Counted from the first letter of the stretch, positions 1-11,499 are shown. The stretch is DNA of 64,000 nt from Acutalibacteraceae bacterium (GCA_045641565.1 JAZUHE010000067.1:1883-65882); one strand, 5' to 3'. A program made the numbers and translations. The notes: generated by a model not told the origin, from the letters alone.

Positions 1-1674
1 ATCAAAAAGCTTTTTGCTCTCGGCCAGATGGCTACAGTAAACGAGGTTATTGACTACGACACCGCTGAAATCGTTGCCACAGAGCTTGGCGCGAAGTGCG
101 AAAAGGAAGTTGTAGTTACAATCGAAGACAGAATTATCGACGACAGCGAAGACACTGAGACAGACCTTCAGCCCAGAGACCCGGTTGTATGCGTTATGGG
201 TCACGTTGACCACGGTAAGACTTCTCTTCTTGACGCTATAAGAAATACCTCCGTTACCTCAACAGAGGCAGGCGGAATCACACAGCATATCGGTGCTTAC
301 AGAGTTGACCTCAACGGTCAGAAGATTACATTCCTTGATACTCCCGGTCACGCGGCGTTCACATCAATGCGCGCAAGAGGCGCGAAGGCAACTGATATTG
401 CCATTCTTGTTGTAGCTGCGGATGACGGTATCATGCCTCAGACAATAGAAGCTATCAACCATGCTAAGGCCGCAGGCATCAGCATTATTGTAGCTATCAA
501 TAAAATGGATAAGCCGGATGTTAACCCCGAAAGAATCAAGCAGCAGCTCACAGAGCACTCTCTTGTTCCCGAGGAATGGGGCGGCGACGTTATCTGCGTT
601 CCCGTTTCGGCAAAAACACGTATGGGTATCGATTCTCTTCTTGAATCCGTTCTTCTCGTTGCAGAAATGCAGGAGCTTAAGGCCAACCCCGACAGAGCGG
701 CTAAAGGTATCGTTATCGAGGCGAGACTTGACAAGGGCAGAGGCCCAATCGCCACTCTTCTTGTTCAGAAGGGTACACTTCACTCAGGCGACATTATCGT
801 TGCAGGCTCATCAGTCGGCCGTGTAAGAGTTATGAAGAATGACAAGGGCGAAAGCGTAAGAGAAGCAGGTCCCTCAGTTCCCGTTGAAATCATGGGCCTT
901 GCAGAAGTTCCCCAGGCAGGCGACGGCTTTGACGCTGTTTCTGACGAAAAGCTTGCCCGTGAGCTTGTTGAGCAGAGAAAGCAGGAGGCTAAGGAAGAGC
1001 AGTTCAAGTCTGTTCAGAAGGTTACTCTTGACAATCTGTTCTCTTCACTCCAGGAAGGTGAGCTCAAGGAGCTTAATATTATCGTCAAGGCTGACGTTCA
1101 GGGCTCCGCAGAGGCTGTTAAGCAGAGCCTCGAGAAGCTCTCCAATGACGAAGTACGCGTAAGAGTTATTCACAACGGCGTCGGTGCCGTAAGCGAGTCC
1201 GACGTTATGCTCGCCAACGCTTCAAACGCTATTATCGTAGGCTTCAATATCCGCCCAGATAATGTAGCCAAGAATCTCGCTGAGCGTGACGGCGTTGAGA
1301 TGCGTATGTACAGAATTATCTATGACTGCATCGAGGATGTTGAGGCGGCAATCAAGGGTATGCTTGCGCCTAAATACCGTGATGTTGACCAGGGCAGAAT
1401 AGAAGTAAGAAACGTTATTACAATTTCTTCTGTAGGTAAGATTGCCGGCTGTTATGTTATGGAAGGCAAGGTTACCAGAAACAGCAAAATCCGTGTTGTA
1501 CGCGACGGCATAGTTGTTGCGGAGGACGAGATTGCTTCTCTTCGCCGCTTTAAGGATGACGTTAAGGAAGTTGCTACAAACTACGAATGCGGTATCGGCC
1601 TTAATAAATTCTCAGACATTAAAGAGGGCGACATCTTTGAAGCATTCATCACAGAGGAATACCGTGAAGATTAA
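1..1674 (+). CDS. infB: Translation initiation factor IF-2, C-terminal part (5' end lies upstream of the window)
   Basis: Frame 1 is open from base 1, so the ATG at 28 is internal. GTPase motifs [14 protein letters not shown] and NKMD are present. The gene is followed by rbfA, as in the conserved operon. Confidence 0.96.
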   Translation: MKKLFALGQMATVNEVIDYDTAEIVATELGAKCEKEVVVTIEDRIIDDSEDTETDLQPRDPVVCVMGHVDHGKTSLLDAIRNTSVTSTEAGGITQHIGAYRVDLNGQKITFLDTPGHAAFTSMRARGAKATDIAILVVAADDGIMPQTIEAINHAKAAGISIIVAINKMDKPDVNPERIKQQLTEHSLVPEEWGGDVICVPVSAKTRMGIDSLLESVLLVAEMQELKANPDRAAKGIVIEARLDKGRGPIATLLVQKGTLHSGDIIVAGSSVGRVRVMKNDKGESVREAGPSVPVEIMGLAEVPQAGDGFDAVSDEKLARELVEQRKQEAKEEQFKSVQKVTLDNLFSSLQEGELKELNIIVKADVQGSAEAVKQSLEKLSNDEVRVRVIHNGVGAVSESDVMLANASNAIIVGFNIRPDNVAKNLAERDGVEMRMYRIIYDCIEDVEAAIKGMLAPKYRDVDQGRIEVRNVITISSVGKIAGCYVMEGKVTRNSKIRVVRDGIVVAEDEIASLRRFKDDVKEVATNYECGIGLNKFSDIKEGDIFEAFITEEYRED

Positions 1675-1685
1675 GGTGGATATTT

Positions 1686-2048
1686 ATGGCAGGCTACAGA
1701 ATTGACAGAATATCTGAAGATATAAAAAGAGAAACCATCGCCGTTATCAGAGAGTTGAAGGACCCGAGGGTAATGGATAAGCTCATTACCGTTGTCAGAG
1801 TTGAGGTCAGCTCCGACGCTTCATTCGCGAGGGTTTACATCAGTGCGCTCGAGGGACTTGACGTAGCTAAAAACGCAGTCAAAGGTCTTGAATGCGCTAC
1901 GGGATATATCAGACGTGAGGTCGGTAAAAGGCTTCATCTGAGAAAGACTCCCGAAATGAAATTCATTGCCGACAACTCTATTGAGCACGGTATGCACATT
2001 GTTAAAATTATGGACGATTTAAAGGTTGATGCGGAAAATGATGATTGA
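1686..2048 (+). CDS. rbfA: Ribosome-binding factor A
   Basis: 120-aa ORF starting 11 nt after the infB stop. The sequence is RbfA-like (RISEDIKRE...VVRVEVSSDASFARVY) and sits in the conserved position after infB. Confidence 0.9.
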   Translation: MAGYRIDRISEDIKRETIAVIRELKDPRVMDKLITVVRVEVSSDASFARVYISALEGLDVAKNAVKGLECATGYIRREVGKRLHLRKTPEMKFIADNSIEHGMHIVKIMDDLKVDAENDD

Positions 2049-2994
2049 CACTTTTTCAGCCGCTGCGGATATTTTAAAAGCGCAGGATAATATTCTTATA
2101 CTGGTACACGGGCATCCCGACGGAGATACGCTGGGATGCGGGTACTCTCTTTGCCGCGCGCTTCTTTCCATGGGCAAAAAGGCGGCTGTCAGCTGTTCCG
2201 ACGTTATACCGTCAAAATACGGCTATCTTTCACAGGGGATGGAGGATTTATCGTTCACTCCCGATTTTATCGTTGCCGTTGATGTGGCGGATACCGCTCT
2301 TTTAGGCAAAAAGAACGAGGAACTTTACGCTGACAAAATAGATTTATGTATTGACCATCACGGCTCAAACAGGCTTTTCGCACAGAAGACACTGCTTGAC
2401 GATAAGGCGGCGGCCGCTTGTGAAATCATGCTCGAGGTCATAAAGGCTCTCGGAGCAGAAATCACAGTGGAAATCGCGAACTGCATTTATACGGGTCTCA
2501 CAACAGACACAGGCTGTTTCCGCTACTCAAATGTAACGCCCAGAACGATGCGTATGGGCGCTGAAATGATTGAGGCGGGAGCGGACAACGCGGCGATTAA
2601 CACAATTATGTTTGAAACGAAGACCAAAACATATGTGGCGCTTGAAAAAATGTGCCTCGCCGGTATGGAAACGTTTTTTGACGAGCGTTTCGCGCTTATT
2701 ACCGTAACTCAGGAGATGTTCAGAATAAGCGGTTCTGACGAAAGCGAATGCGACGCCATTGCGTCTCTGCCCCGTCAGATAGAGGGCGTTGTTATCGGCG
2801 CCACTCTCAGAGAGAAGCCCGACGGCAGCTTCAAGGTTTCAATGAGAACCCACGCCCCGGCGGACGCTTCCGCAATCTGCGCGAAAATGGGCGGCGGCGG
2901 TCATATAAGAGCCGCAGGCTGTCAGCTTGACGGGCCGATGGAAAACGCGAAAGCGGTTCTGATGCAGAATATAAAAGAATATTTTAATGGATAA
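2026..2994 (+). CDS. nrnA: DHH/DHHA1 phosphoesterase (NrnA-like oligoribonuclease / pAp phosphatase)
   Basis: DHH-family motifs HGHPDGD, DVAD and CIDHH, plus the DHHA1 motif GGGGH. It overlaps the rbfA 3' end. Alternative in-frame ATGs lie at 2038 and 2041. Confidence 0.8.
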   Translation: MMRKMMIDTFSAAADILKAQDNILILVHGHPDGDTLGCGYSLCRALLSMGKKAAVSCSDVIPSKYGYLSQGMEDLSFTPDFIVAVDVADTALLGKKNEELYADKIDLCIDHHGSNRLFAQKTLLDDKAAAACEIMLEVIKALGAEITVEIANCIYTGLTTDTGCFRYSNVTPRTMRMGAEMIEAGADNAAINTIMFETKTKTYVALEKMCLAGMETFFDERFALITVTQEMFRISGSDESECDAIASLPRQIEGVVIGATLREKPDGSFKVSMRTHAPADASAICAKMGGGGHIRAAGCQLDGPMENAKAVLMQNIKEYFNG

Positions 2995-3012
2995 ATATAT
3001 TAAAATATAAGG

Positions 3013-4158
3013 ATGAATTTTGTGATGATTGATAAATACGCGATTGTTATAGGGGGAGCACATTTTAATTCTTTGGGAGTTATTAGAGCTCTGGGCGAAG
3101 CAGGGATAAAATCCGTTTTTATTAATATGGATGAATGGGGATTTGCCGAATGCAGCAAGTATACATTCGAAACAATTCATATCAGTAATATAGGAGAGTT
3201 GGTTCCGACTATATTAAATATTGTTAAAAAACATGGAGGCCGTCCTGCGATTTATCCTACGGGAGATGATTCCGCAAAGATAATAGATGAAGCTTTTGAA
3301 GAACTTGATAAAATTTCAATCTGCCCGGGCTGTAATGGTAAACTGAACTATTATTTAAGAAAGGATATTATGTGTGCTGCTGCAAAGGAAGCAGGATTTA
3401 TTGTACCGGAAACAGAATTTTTGGATATTGACGGCAATTTTGAAAACAAGCTGAGAGATTTTCCGAAACCGTTTATTTTGAAGCCTATTAACAATCTGTT
3501 CGGCTCTAAGGGTGACATTTCAATATGTAAAGATGATAACGAAATAACCGGAATTGTAAAAAAATTCAGCTCATATAAAGCTGTGTTGATTCAGAAATAT
3601 GTAAACGGAAGTGAAAATCTTACCATTGAGTATTGTGGCTGTAAATCCAGAGGTCACAGAGTTGAGGTTTATGGTCAGCTTGAAAAAATCAGAGAATATC
3701 CTGTTGACAGAGGTAGCACATCGTATGCTGTGATTAAAGAAAACATAACATATATTGATATTGATGTTCTGGATAAGATGCTTGATATAACTGATTTCAG
3801 TGGCGTTTTTGATTTGGAGCTGAAAGTGGTTGACGGAGTTCCGTATTTTATAGAAATAAATTACAGAAACGGCGCACCCGCATATGCATTTATAAAAGGT
3901 GGCTTTAATCTTCATAAAGTTTGGTTTGACCAACAGTCAGGTATTAAAATTAATCGGGCGGAAATAAAAGAAACCACTCTTATTTGTGAGGGCATTGATT
4001 TAAGTCATGTGTTTGACGGGAATATTAATTTTACAACGTGGCTTAAAAACTATCTGACGGCAGACGCACATATGATAGTAAATAAAAAGGATATGAAACC
4101 GTTCTTTTATCAGTATAAATTACTTAAACCGTTCTTTGAGGCAAAGTTTTCCAAGTAA
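3013..4158 (+). CDS. ATP-grasp domain protein (carboxylate-amine ligase-like)
   Basis: 381-aa ORF with an N-terminal GGAHFNSLGVIRALGEAG pre-ATP-grasp pattern and a C-terminal FIEINYRNG (E.N) metal-binding pattern. It is visibly AT-richer than its neighbours. Confidence 0.6.
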   Translation: MNFVMIDKYAIVIGGAHFNSLGVIRALGEAGIKSVFINMDEWGFAECSKYTFETIHISNIGELVPTILNIVKKHGGRPAIYPTGDDSAKIIDEAFEELDKISICPGCNGKLNYYLRKDIMCAAAKEAGFIVPETEFLDIDGNFENKLRDFPKPFILKPINNLFGSKGDISICKDDNEITGIVKKFSSYKAVLIQKYVNGSENLTIEYCGCKSRGHRVEVYGQLEKIREYPVDRGSTSYAVIKENITYIDIDVLDKMLDITDFSGVFDLELKVVDGVPYFIEINYRNGAPAYAFIKGGFNLHKVWFDQQSGIKINRAEIKETTLICEGIDLSHVFDGNINFTTWLKNYLTADAHMIVNKKDMKPFFYQYKLLKPFFEAKFSK

Positions 4159-4172
4159 GATAGGATGATAAT

Positions 4173-5099
4173 ATGATAAACCTTTCAAGATTGTTTACAA
4201 AAACTGAATATACTGTCGGTTACAGATTCAGCAGAAAAGGAATTCTTGAGGATACAGAGACTCCGTTTGAATATATCAGGCTGAACAACGGTAATTACTG
4301 GTATGCGGACCCGTTTATTTATAAACACAATGACGAATGGTATGTATTTATGGAGATTTTTCAGTACGACAAGGGTTATGCCGGTATCGGATACTCTAAG
4401 TTGATTGACGGAAAACTTACAGAGCCCAGGATGATTATGGATACGGGATATCATATGTCTTTTCCCTTGATTTTTGAATATAACGGTAAAATATTTATGG
4501 TTCCCGAAACCTGCGCGGTTAATAAGGTTCAGATGTTTGAATGTACGGATTTCCCCGAGAGGTGGAATAGCGTCGGATGTATTAAAGAAAATGCGATTCT
4601 TAGTGATTCGGCAGTTTTTGAGTATGATAATCGGTTCTACATGTTTACATCCGCACCTACCGATGATTTATACGGAAACAGTTTGATTCTTGTTGAACTT
4701 GAAAAAGATGGTGAAATATTAAAAGCGGCAAAGCAGAAAATAATCACATCGGATTATAAGATTTCCCGTCAGGCAGGGAAATTATTGAATTATAATGACA
4801 GATTAATAAGAGTCGCTCAGGATTGCAGTAATATGGATTATGGTCATGCTCTTGAGTTTCTTGAAATTGAGAATATGAGCATAGACAATTATGCCGAAAA
4901 ATATATCAGAGAAGTAAATGTATCTGACTTGAAAATTAACGGAGGCCTTCGCGGAGTGTCAGGAATACATACATACAATCGTGAAGATGATTTTGAAGTG
5001 GTTGATTATAAGCTGTGCACTTTTTCTTTAAAAAGCACAGTACTGAAAATAAAAATTGTTTTTGGCATGATAATTGATAAAATCAGACACAGACATTAA
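4173..5099 (+). CDS. Hypothetical protein (WYADPF motif, possibly a beta-propeller glycosyl-hydrolase/transferase-like fold)
   Basis: 308-aa ORF 14 nt after the ATP-grasp gene, with the same AT-rich composition. The product cannot be assigned by eye. Confidence 0.5.
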   Translation: MINLSRLFTKTEYTVGYRFSRKGILEDTETPFEYIRLNNGNYWYADPFIYKHNDEWYVFMEIFQYDKGYAGIGYSKLIDGKLTEPRMIMDTGYHMSFPLIFEYNGKIFMVPETCAVNKVQMFECTDFPERWNSVGCIKENAILSDSAVFEYDNRFYMFTSAPTDDLYGNSLILVELEKDGEILKAAKQKIITSDYKISRQAGKLLNYNDRLIRVAQDCSNMDYGHALEFLEIENMSIDNYAEKYIREVNVSDLKINGGLRGVSGIHTYNREDDFEVVDYKLCTFSLKSTVLKIKIVFGMIIDKIRHRH

Positions 5100-5119
5100 A
5101 CAAACAGACAGGAATTCAT

Positions 5120-6145
5120 ATGAAAAAATATCTTATTTCAGATGAGGGGAATTTTTACAAGGCGAATCTCCACGGTCATTCCACTGTCTCTGATGGTGAG
5201 CTGACTCCGGACGGGATTAAAGAAATGTATATGAAAGAGGGATACTCGATTATCGCCTATACAGACCACAATCATTTTGTGACTCACAATGATTTGAGCG
5301 ATGATAGTTTCCTCGCTCTCAACGGCGTTGAGAATGCCGCAGACGAGCACTGCGAGTCGTGGATGCACGAGAGATGCTGTGATATATGCTATATTGCTCT
5401 TTCACCGGAGAGAAAAGCGCATCCGTTTCAGGACGAGGACAATATAATCGGCGACAGTGAATATTCTCCCTTTTCCGTGACGTACTGCTCAGAGGATGTA
5501 AATATGATGATTGAAACCGGCGTGAAGAACGGATTTTTTGTAACGTACAATCATCCTACCTGGTCGCTGGAAAATTTTGAGAGATATATGTCATATAACG
5601 GGATGCACGCCATGGAGATATTCAACAAGAGCAGCGAGGTTGACGGATACAACGAGTATAACCCCGATATTTATGACGATATGCTTCGCGGCGGCAAGAA
5701 GATTTTCTGCATCGCGACAGACGACAATCACAACCGCGCGCCGAACACCTGCCACTGGGATTCCTTCGGCGGATTCACCATGATTAAATCAAAGTCGCTG
5801 AAATACGAAGATGTGACATCGGCACTTTTAAAGGGCGATTTTTATGCTTCGAGAGGGCCTGTAATCAAGGCTCTGTGGCTTGATACAGATGATTATTCCG
5901 TTCATCTTGAGTGCGAAAAGGCGGTAAGAATTGTCTGCACCCGCGGCGGCAGGAGACTTCGCTCCGTATACGCCGAGGAAAAGGGCGTTGATTATATTAC
6001 GGAGGAAAAATTCAGCATCAACAAGGACGATGTGTATTTCAGATTCACCGTTTTTGACGAGAACGGCATGACCGCCGATACAAACGCATATTTTGTTGAG
6101 GATATGGATGTGGATTTTTCCTGTGAAAATCTGTTTGTAGAATAA
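5120..6145 (+). CDS. PHP-domain metal-dependent phosphoesterase
   Basis: N-terminal NLHGHSTVSDG (PHP HxH..D), TDHNH and DDNHN motifs. 341-aa ORF followed by a strong terminator. Confidence 0.75.
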   Translation: MKKYLISDEGNFYKANLHGHSTVSDGELTPDGIKEMYMKEGYSIIAYTDHNHFVTHNDLSDDSFLALNGVENAADEHCESWMHERCCDICYIALSPERKAHPFQDEDNIIGDSEYSPFSVTYCSEDVNMMIETGVKNGFFVTYNHPTWSLENFERYMSYNGMHAMEIFNKSSEVDGYNEYNPDIYDDMLRGGKKIFCIATDDNHNRAPNTCHWDSFGGFTMIKSKSLKYEDVTSALLKGDFYASRGPVIKALWLDTDDYSVHLECEKAVRIVCTRGGRRLRSVYAEEKGVDYITEEKFSINKDDVYFRFTVFDENGMTADTNAYFVEDMDVDFSCENLFVE

Positions 6146-6172
6146 AAGGAGGCTTGCCTCCTTTATTTTTTT
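6145..6172 (+). terminator. Rho-independent terminator
   Basis: An 8-bp stem AAAGGAGG / CCTCCTTT with a 4-nt loop, followed by A and a T7 run, immediately after the PHP gene stop. Confidence 0.8.
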
Positions 6173-6203
6173 GCAAAAATCTGAATTATTTTTGATTTAC
6201 ATC

Positions 6204-6232
6204 TTGATAGATTTGTAATTTTCTGCGATAAT
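6204..6232 (+). promoter_or_regulatory. Candidate sigma-A promoter for gltX-glnS
   Basis: TTGATA, a 17-nt spacer, then GATAAT, about 70 nt upstream of the gltX ATG. Confidence 0.4.
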
Positions 6233-6300
6233 ATAATGTGATTATTTATAAACTCAGTAAGTATTTTTTGTTGAGCCAAAAAACGAAAGGATTTTTTAAT

Positions 6301-7965
6301 ATGATGGATTATGAGAAATTAGCTGAGCTGCTTTTTCCCGATATAACAAAGACAGTTGAGGATTACGAAGCTCTTTACCCTGTAAGAAATCTCAAGGAGG
6401 GCGCGCGCGTTACACGTTTCGCTCCCAGCCCTACGGGATATCTTCATATAGGCGGACTTTTCGGCGCTCTTGTTGACGTGCTGACCGCAAAAGCCACAGG
6501 CGGTATTTCTTATTTAAGAATTGAGGATACCGACAAAAAACGTGAAATCGAAGACGGCGTTTCCACTGTTATCAACGGCTTTAAAGCTTTCGGCATTGAG
6601 TTTGATGAGGGCGTTACAGGCTTTGACAGCGAAAAGGGCGATTACGGCCCCTACACTCAGAGCCAGCGCGTTGAGGTTTATCAGACAGTAGCGAAAGAGC
6701 TTGTTAAAAAAGGTCTCGCTTATCCCTGCTTCTGCACGGCGGACGAGCTCTCCGCTCTTCGTGAACAGCAGGAAAAGGACGGCGCTCTTATCTGGGGCTA
6801 TTTCGGCAAATGGGCAAAATGCCGTGACCTTTCATATGAACAGATTGAGGAAAACATAAATGCGGGCAAGCCTTATGTTCTCCGCTTCCGCTCAGAGGGC
6901 AGCGAAGACAAGCGCATTTTCTTTGACGATATTATCCGCGGTAAAATTGAAATGCCCGAAAATATTATAGACGAGGTCCTTCTCAAATCAGACGGAATTC
7001 CCACATACCATTTTGCTCACGTCTGCGACGATCACTTCATGAGAACAACACACGTTATCCGCGGTGAGGAATGGATTTCATCTGTTCCCAAGCATATTGC
7101 CCTCTTCAAGGCCTGCGGATTCAGACTTCCAAAATACGCCCACACACCCCAGCTTATGAAGATTGACGAGCAGGACGGCACAAAGCGTAAATTCTCAAAG
7201 AGAAAAGACCCCGAGGCGGCTGTCAGCTACTTTGTTGACCAGGGATTCCCGAAGGAAAGCCTCATAGAGTATATCCTTACTCTTCTCAACTCCAACTTTG
7301 AGGACTGGCGCAGAGCGAATCCCGACGCTGACGCGTTTTCGTTCCCCTTTAATCTTAAAAAGATGAGCCCCAGCGGATGTCTCTTTGACCTCGTAAAGCT
7401 CACCGATATAAGCAAAAACATTATTTCAAAAATGAGCGCTCAGAGAATATATGAAGACCTCACCGTATGGGCAAAGGCTTATGATGAGGAATTCTATGAG
7501 CTTCTTACAAAAGATAAGGAATTCAGCATTAATATGCTCAATATTGACCGTGAGGTTCCGAAGCCCCGTAAGGATATCGCAAAGTGGAACGAGGTTAAGG
7601 ATTATTTCTCATATTTCTTCAATGAGATTTATAATCCCGACCTGACTCTTCCCGAGAATATCAGCAAGGCTGACGCGGCGGACATCCTCACTGAATATCT
7701 TAAGGTTGTTGACTGCGCTGACGATAAGGACACATGGTTTGCAAAAATCAAAGCTCTCTGCGAGCCTCTCGGCTTCACACCCAATGTTAAGGAATACAAA
7801 AAGAATCCCGAGGCGTTCAAGGGTCATGTAGGCGACGTTTCAACAGTTATCAGAATCGCTCTCACATCAAGAAAGAATACCCCAGACCTTCACTCCATCA
7901 CAGCTCTTTTAGGTAATGACGAGGTTAAGGCGAGAATAGAAAAGGCAATTAAAGAATACAGATAA
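6301..7965 (+). CDS. gltX: Glutamyl-tRNA synthetase
   Basis: Class I motifs [11 protein letters not shown] (HIGH) and KFSKRK (KMSKS). The ORF is open from 6238, but MMDYEKL at 6301 is the likely start. Confidence 0.93.
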   Translation: MMDYEKLAELLFPDITKTVEDYEALYPVRNLKEGARVTRFAPSPTGYLHIGGLFGALVDVLTAKATGGISYLRIEDTDKKREIEDGVSTVINGFKAFGIEFDEGVTGFDSEKGDYGPYTQSQRVEVYQTVAKELVKKGLAYPCFCTADELSALREQQEKDGALIWGYFGKWAKCRDLSYEQIEENINAGKPYVLRFRSEGSEDKRIFFDDIIRGKIEMPENIIDEVLLKSDGIPTYHFAHVCDDHFMRTTHVIRGEEWISSVPKHIALFKACGFRLPKYAHTPQLMKIDEQDGTKRKFSKRKDPEAAVSYFVDQGFPKESLIEYILTLLNSNFEDWRRANPDADAFSFPFNLKKMSPSGCLFDLVKLTDISKNIISKMSAQRIYEDLTVWAKAYDEEFYELLTKDKEFSINMLNIDREVPKPRKDIAKWNEVKDYFSYFFNEIYNPDLTLPENISKADAADILTEYLKVVDCADDKDTWFAKIKALCEPLGFTPNVKEYKKNPEAFKGHVGDVSTVIRIALTSRKNTPDLHSITALLGNDEVKARIEKAIKEYR

Positions 7966-7979
7966 GCGGAGGAATAAAC

Positions 7980-9626
7980 ATGGACGAAGCAGTAAAATCA
8001 TCAAATTTTATTCATGACTTCATTGATGAAGATCTTGAAAACGGAGTAAATACGAGAATTCAGACAAGATTTCCTCCCGAACCCAACGGATATCTCCATA
8101 TCGGTCACGCGAAGGCTATCTGCATAGATTTCGGTACAGCTGAAAAATACGGCGGCATATGCAATCTCCGCTTTGACGACACCAACCCCTCAAAAGAGGA
8201 CGTTGAATATGTTGACTCAATCAAAGAGGATATTGAGTGGCTCGGCTTCAAGTGGGCAAACACATATTATGCGTCAAGCTATTTTGATTTTATTTATGAA
8301 TGTGCAATAAAGCTTATCAACAAGGGCAAGGCTTATGTTGACGACCTTTCGCCCGAAGAGATAAGAGAATACAGAGGAACTCTCACAGAGCCCGGCAAAA
8401 ACAGTCCTTACCGCGACCGTTCCGTTGAAGAAAATCTTGAGCTCTTCAGGAGAATGACAGACGGTGAATTCCCCAACGGCGCTAAGGTACTCAGAGCAAA
8501 GATTGACATGGCGTCGCCCAACCTTAATATGCGCGACCCGATTATATACAGAATCTCACACACATCACATCATCAGACAGGAGATAAATGGTGCGTATAT
8601 CCCATGTACGATTTTGCGCATCCTCTTTCAGACGCGAGAGAGAACGTAACCTATTCTCTCTGCTCTCTTGAATTTGAAAATCACAGACCGCTTTATAACT
8701 GGTTTGTTAATGAAATCGGCTTTGAGGAGCCGCCCAGACAGATTGAGTTCGCACGTCTTAACGTCAACTACTGCGTAACAAGCAAGAGAAAATGCCTTGA
8801 CCTTGTTGAGCAGGGTCACGTTTCCGGCTGGGACGACCCGAGAATGGTTACCCTCTGCGGAATGAGAAGACGCGGTTATCCCGCACAGGCGGTAAGAGAT
8901 TTCATTGACAGAATCGGCGTCAGCAAGGCAGACAGTGTTGTTGATTTCGGTCTGCTCGAGGCCTGCGTAAGAGATTATCTCAACGCAAACGCTCCCAGAG
9001 CAATGGCTGTTCTCCGTCCTCTTAAGGTAGTTATTGACAATTACCCTGAAGGACAGACGGAGGAACTTGAGGTTGAGCTTCATCCCGACCATCCCGAAAT
9101 GGGAACAAGAAAGGTTACCTTCGGCAGAGAGATATATGTTGAGCGCGAGGACTTCATGATTGAGCCTGTCAAGAAGTATTTCAGACTCTTCCCCGGCAAC
9201 GAGGTCAGACTCAAGAGCGCTTATTTCGCAAAGTGCACAGGCTATGACCTTGACGAAAACGGCGAAGTATGCTGCGTTCACTGTGAATATGACCCCGCTT
9301 CAAAGGGCGGAAATTCACCCGACGGCAGAAAGGTCAAGGGTACTCTTCACTGGGTAAGCAAGGATGACAGCATCAAGGCTACAGTCAATATTTATGACAG
9401 ACTCTTTAAGGTTGAGAAGCCCGGTTCATCAGATGACCTCGCCGCTGACCTTAATCCCGATTCTCTTACCGTGCTTAAGGACTGCCTTATTGAAGGAAGT
9501 CTTAAGGACGCAAAGCCCGGTGACGTTTTCCAGTTTATGCGCCAGGGATACTTCTGCGTTGATAAAGACAGCACAGAAGATAATCTGATTATCAACCGCA
9601 CGGTTGACCTTAAATCATCCTGGTAA
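7980..9626 (+). CDS. glnS: Glutaminyl-tRNA synthetase
   Basis: [17 protein letters not shown] (HIGH) and VTSKRK (KMSKS-like) motifs. 548 aa, with a typical GlnRS C-terminal anticodon-binding region. Confidence 0.95.
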   Translation: MDEAVKSSNFIHDFIDEDLENGVNTRIQTRFPPEPNGYLHIGHAKAICIDFGTAEKYGGICNLRFDDTNPSKEDVEYVDSIKEDIEWLGFKWANTYYASSYFDFIYECAIKLINKGKAYVDDLSPEEIREYRGTLTEPGKNSPYRDRSVEENLELFRRMTDGEFPNGAKVLRAKIDMASPNLNMRDPIIYRISHTSHHQTGDKWCVYPMYDFAHPLSDARENVTYSLCSLEFENHRPLYNWFVNEIGFEEPPRQIEFARLNVNYCVTSKRKCLDLVEQGHVSGWDDPRMVTLCGMRRRGYPAQAVRDFIDRIGVSKADSVVDFGLLEACVRDYLNANAPRAMAVLRPLKVVIDNYPEGQTEELEVELHPDHPEMGTRKVTFGREIYVEREDFMIEPVKKYFRLFPGNEVRLKSAYFAKCTGYDLDENGEVCCVHCEYDPASKGGNSPDGRKVKGTLHWVSKDDSIKATVNIYDRLFKVEKPGSSDDLAADLNPDSLTVLKDCLIEGSLKDAKPGDVFQFMRQGYFCVDKDSTEDNLIINRTVDLKSSW

Positions 9627-9710
9627 TAAACAGGACACAAAAAATCTTACTGCGCAATCCGCACATCTTAATTGTGCGGTGTTGCCATAAATCAGAAAGG
9701 TTCTGATATT

Positions 9711-10409
9711 ATGAAAATAATTAACAAGATAATTACCATTGCCGCTGCGCTGGCTGTTTTCCCCGCGTTCATAATGCAGACGATTTTTACCGCGGTTGTT
9801 TCTATAGATAAGGAATCCCTTGTTTATACGCTGGCCAACGCTGTCCTCGGGCAGGATAATCAGCTGACCGGCAACCGCCTCGGAATTGAGAAGTCTCTGG
9901 TTGACCTGTTTAATTATCTGACAGGCAAGACAGAGAGCACATTTGACCTTAAGGATATTATCATGAACCTCCCTGCGGAGTTCGCACCCCTTAAGAAATA
10001 CGTTATTGCGTCGGCTGTATTTATTGCTATAGGTCTGATTATTACCGTTATTATTCTCGGCTGCTCACTGTTTACCAAGGCGTATAAGACAATTATCGGT
10101 TTAGGCCTCGGCGGCGCGGCGAGCTTCCTGACATCAATAATCCTTTTCGGTAAAGCTGCTGCCCCCTTGCTTGACGGTACTATTGACATTGCTTCATATA
10201 TACTGCCCAAGCTCATTAACAGTGAGTCTATTTTAGGCTCTATCGCAACAGCGGCGCTCAGCGGAACGATAAGTGTGGATATGTGCAGCCTCGGTGGTGC
10301 GGTATACAGCGCGATGATAATTCTCTTTGGCATTGCCGCGTGGGAATTCGCGTATTATATTACTCTTCCCAAAGAAGAGAAGCCCGCAAAGAAAGTGAAA
10401 GTGAGATAG
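9711..10409 (+). CDS. Hypothetical multi-pass membrane protein
   Basis: Several long hydrophobic segments and a Lys-rich C-terminus. The ATG at 9711 is preferred over the ORF-track start at 9672. Confidence 0.6.
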   Translation: MKIINKIITIAAALAVFPAFIMQTIFTAVVSIDKESLVYTLANAVLGQDNQLTGNRLGIEKSLVDLFNYLTGKTESTFDLKDIIMNLPAEFAPLKKYVIASAVFIAIGLIITVIILGCSLFTKAYKTIIGLGLGGAASFLTSIILFGKAAAPLLDGTIDIASYILPKLINSESILGSIATAALSGTISVDMCSLGGAVYSAMIILFGIAAWEFAYYITLPKEEKPAKKVKVR

Positions 10410-10410
10410 C

Positions 10411-11211
10411 TTGAATATACTAAAAGATAAAAAGCTTTTTCTGCTCGACCTTGACGGGACACTGTATGTCAGCGAAAAAATCATAGGCAAGTCTCTTGAA
10501 TTCCTTGACGCTGTGGTTGACAACGGCGGAAAGTATATGTTCCTGACAAACAACTCCTCAAAAAGTGTAGACACTTATATTGAGCGGCTTAATAAAATAG
10601 GCTTCAGGGCCGCGGAGGATAATTTCTTTACCTCGGCGCAGGCCACGGCGTATTATATCGAAAAGAAATACGGCAAGGAAAAAAGAATGTATGTTCTCGG
10701 CACGGAATCCTTCAAAAAGTCGCTTTTAAAAGAAAACTTCAACATCACCGACGAGCTTGAGGACGGAATCGAGCTTCTTGTAGTTGGCTACGATACGGAG
10801 CTGACATATAAAAAGCTCGAGGAAGCGTGTATTCTTATTCATCGCGGCGTTGAATATATCGCCACGAATCCCGACCTTGCCTGTCCGTCTGAGAACGGAT
10901 TTATCCCCGACTGCGGAGCCATAACCGCCTGTATTGAGGCGGCAACGGGCAAAAAGCCTCATTACGCAGGCAAGCCGGACCCTGCCATGGTTTATATGGC
11001 GGTGGAAAAATCGGGATTTTCTTTTGAAGAAGCCTGCATGATAGGAGACAGACTCTATACTGATATTGCGATAGGCAACAACGCCGGAATCACCAGCGTG
11101 GCTGTGCTTACGGGCGAAACAACTTTGGAAGAAATCGCTTCGGCGCAGGGTAATCTCATACCCGATATTGTCTGTGACAGTATAGACGATATTTATAATA
11201 TGATAAAATAA
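10411..11211 (+). CDS. HAD-IIA family hydrolase (NagD-like sugar phosphatase)
   Basis: LLDLDGTLY motif I, TNNSS motif II, and GKP...GDRLYTDI motifs III/IV. The start codon is TTG. Confidence 0.8.
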   Translation: MNILKDKKLFLLDLDGTLYVSEKIIGKSLEFLDAVVDNGGKYMFLTNNSSKSVDTYIERLNKIGFRAAEDNFFTSAQATAYYIEKKYGKEKRMYVLGTESFKKSLLKENFNITDELEDGIELLVVGYDTELTYKKLEEACILIHRGVEYIATNPDLACPSENGFIPDCGAITACIEAATGKKPHYAGKPDPAMVYMAVEKSGFSFEEACMIGDRLYTDIAIGNNAGITSVAVLTGETTLEEIASAQGNLIPDIVCDSIDDIYNMIK

Positions 11212-11219
11212 CGAAAAGA

Positions 11220-11264
11220 GGTGCGGATTGAGTATTACACTTTATCCGCGCCCTTTTGATTTTC
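11220..11264 (+). terminator. Rho-independent terminator after the HAD gene
   Basis: A 9-bp stem GGTGCGGAT / ATCCGCGCC followed by CTTTTGATTTT. Confidence 0.7.
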
Positions 11265-11425
11265 GGGGTGATATTTTGAAAATCGAAACAGTAAAATACA
11301 GCGCGGACGGTTATTTTACCGCGGCAGGGCTTAAAATGAATAAGGCGAATCACAACGGAAAAACAATGAGAATTTTTTCGTTTGATATAAGATGAACGGA
11401 ATAATAAAAATGCTTGAAAAATTTT

Positions 11426-11499
11426 TATCTGAATCTTTCTCTCGGCAAGCGCAGAAAAGGCGCCCTTTGGGGGAGCTGTCACAAAGTGACTGAGGGGGT
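11426..11499 (+). repeat. Dispersed intergenic repeat, copy 1 (REP-like)
   Basis: About 75 nt (TATCTGAATCTTTCTCTCGGCAAGCGCAGAAAAGGCGCCC...GGGAGCTGTC...GACTGAGGGGGT). It aligns at roughly 80% identity by eye with 49242-49322 in the same orientation. Confidence 0.75.

Noticed and set aside
6146-6300. Looked for a T-box or other leader upstream of gltX and glnS
   Set aside because: The leader is only about 70-130 nt and has no specifier-loop or T-box (AAUUAGGGUGGUACCGCG-like) sequence. glnS starts 14 nt after gltX.
6301-9626. Adjacent gltX and glnS considered as an oddity
   Set aside because: Both look intact and canonical. GlnRS is present in many Clostridia, so this was judged ordinary.
11156-11482. 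108-aa - strand ORF, and the similar 49170-49391 and 49192-49401 - strand ORFs
   Set aside because: Their shared peptide (..FSAL(A/T)ERKIQI..) comes from the dispersed intergenic repeat. They overlap the end of the HAD gene or intergenic DNA and are probably spurious.
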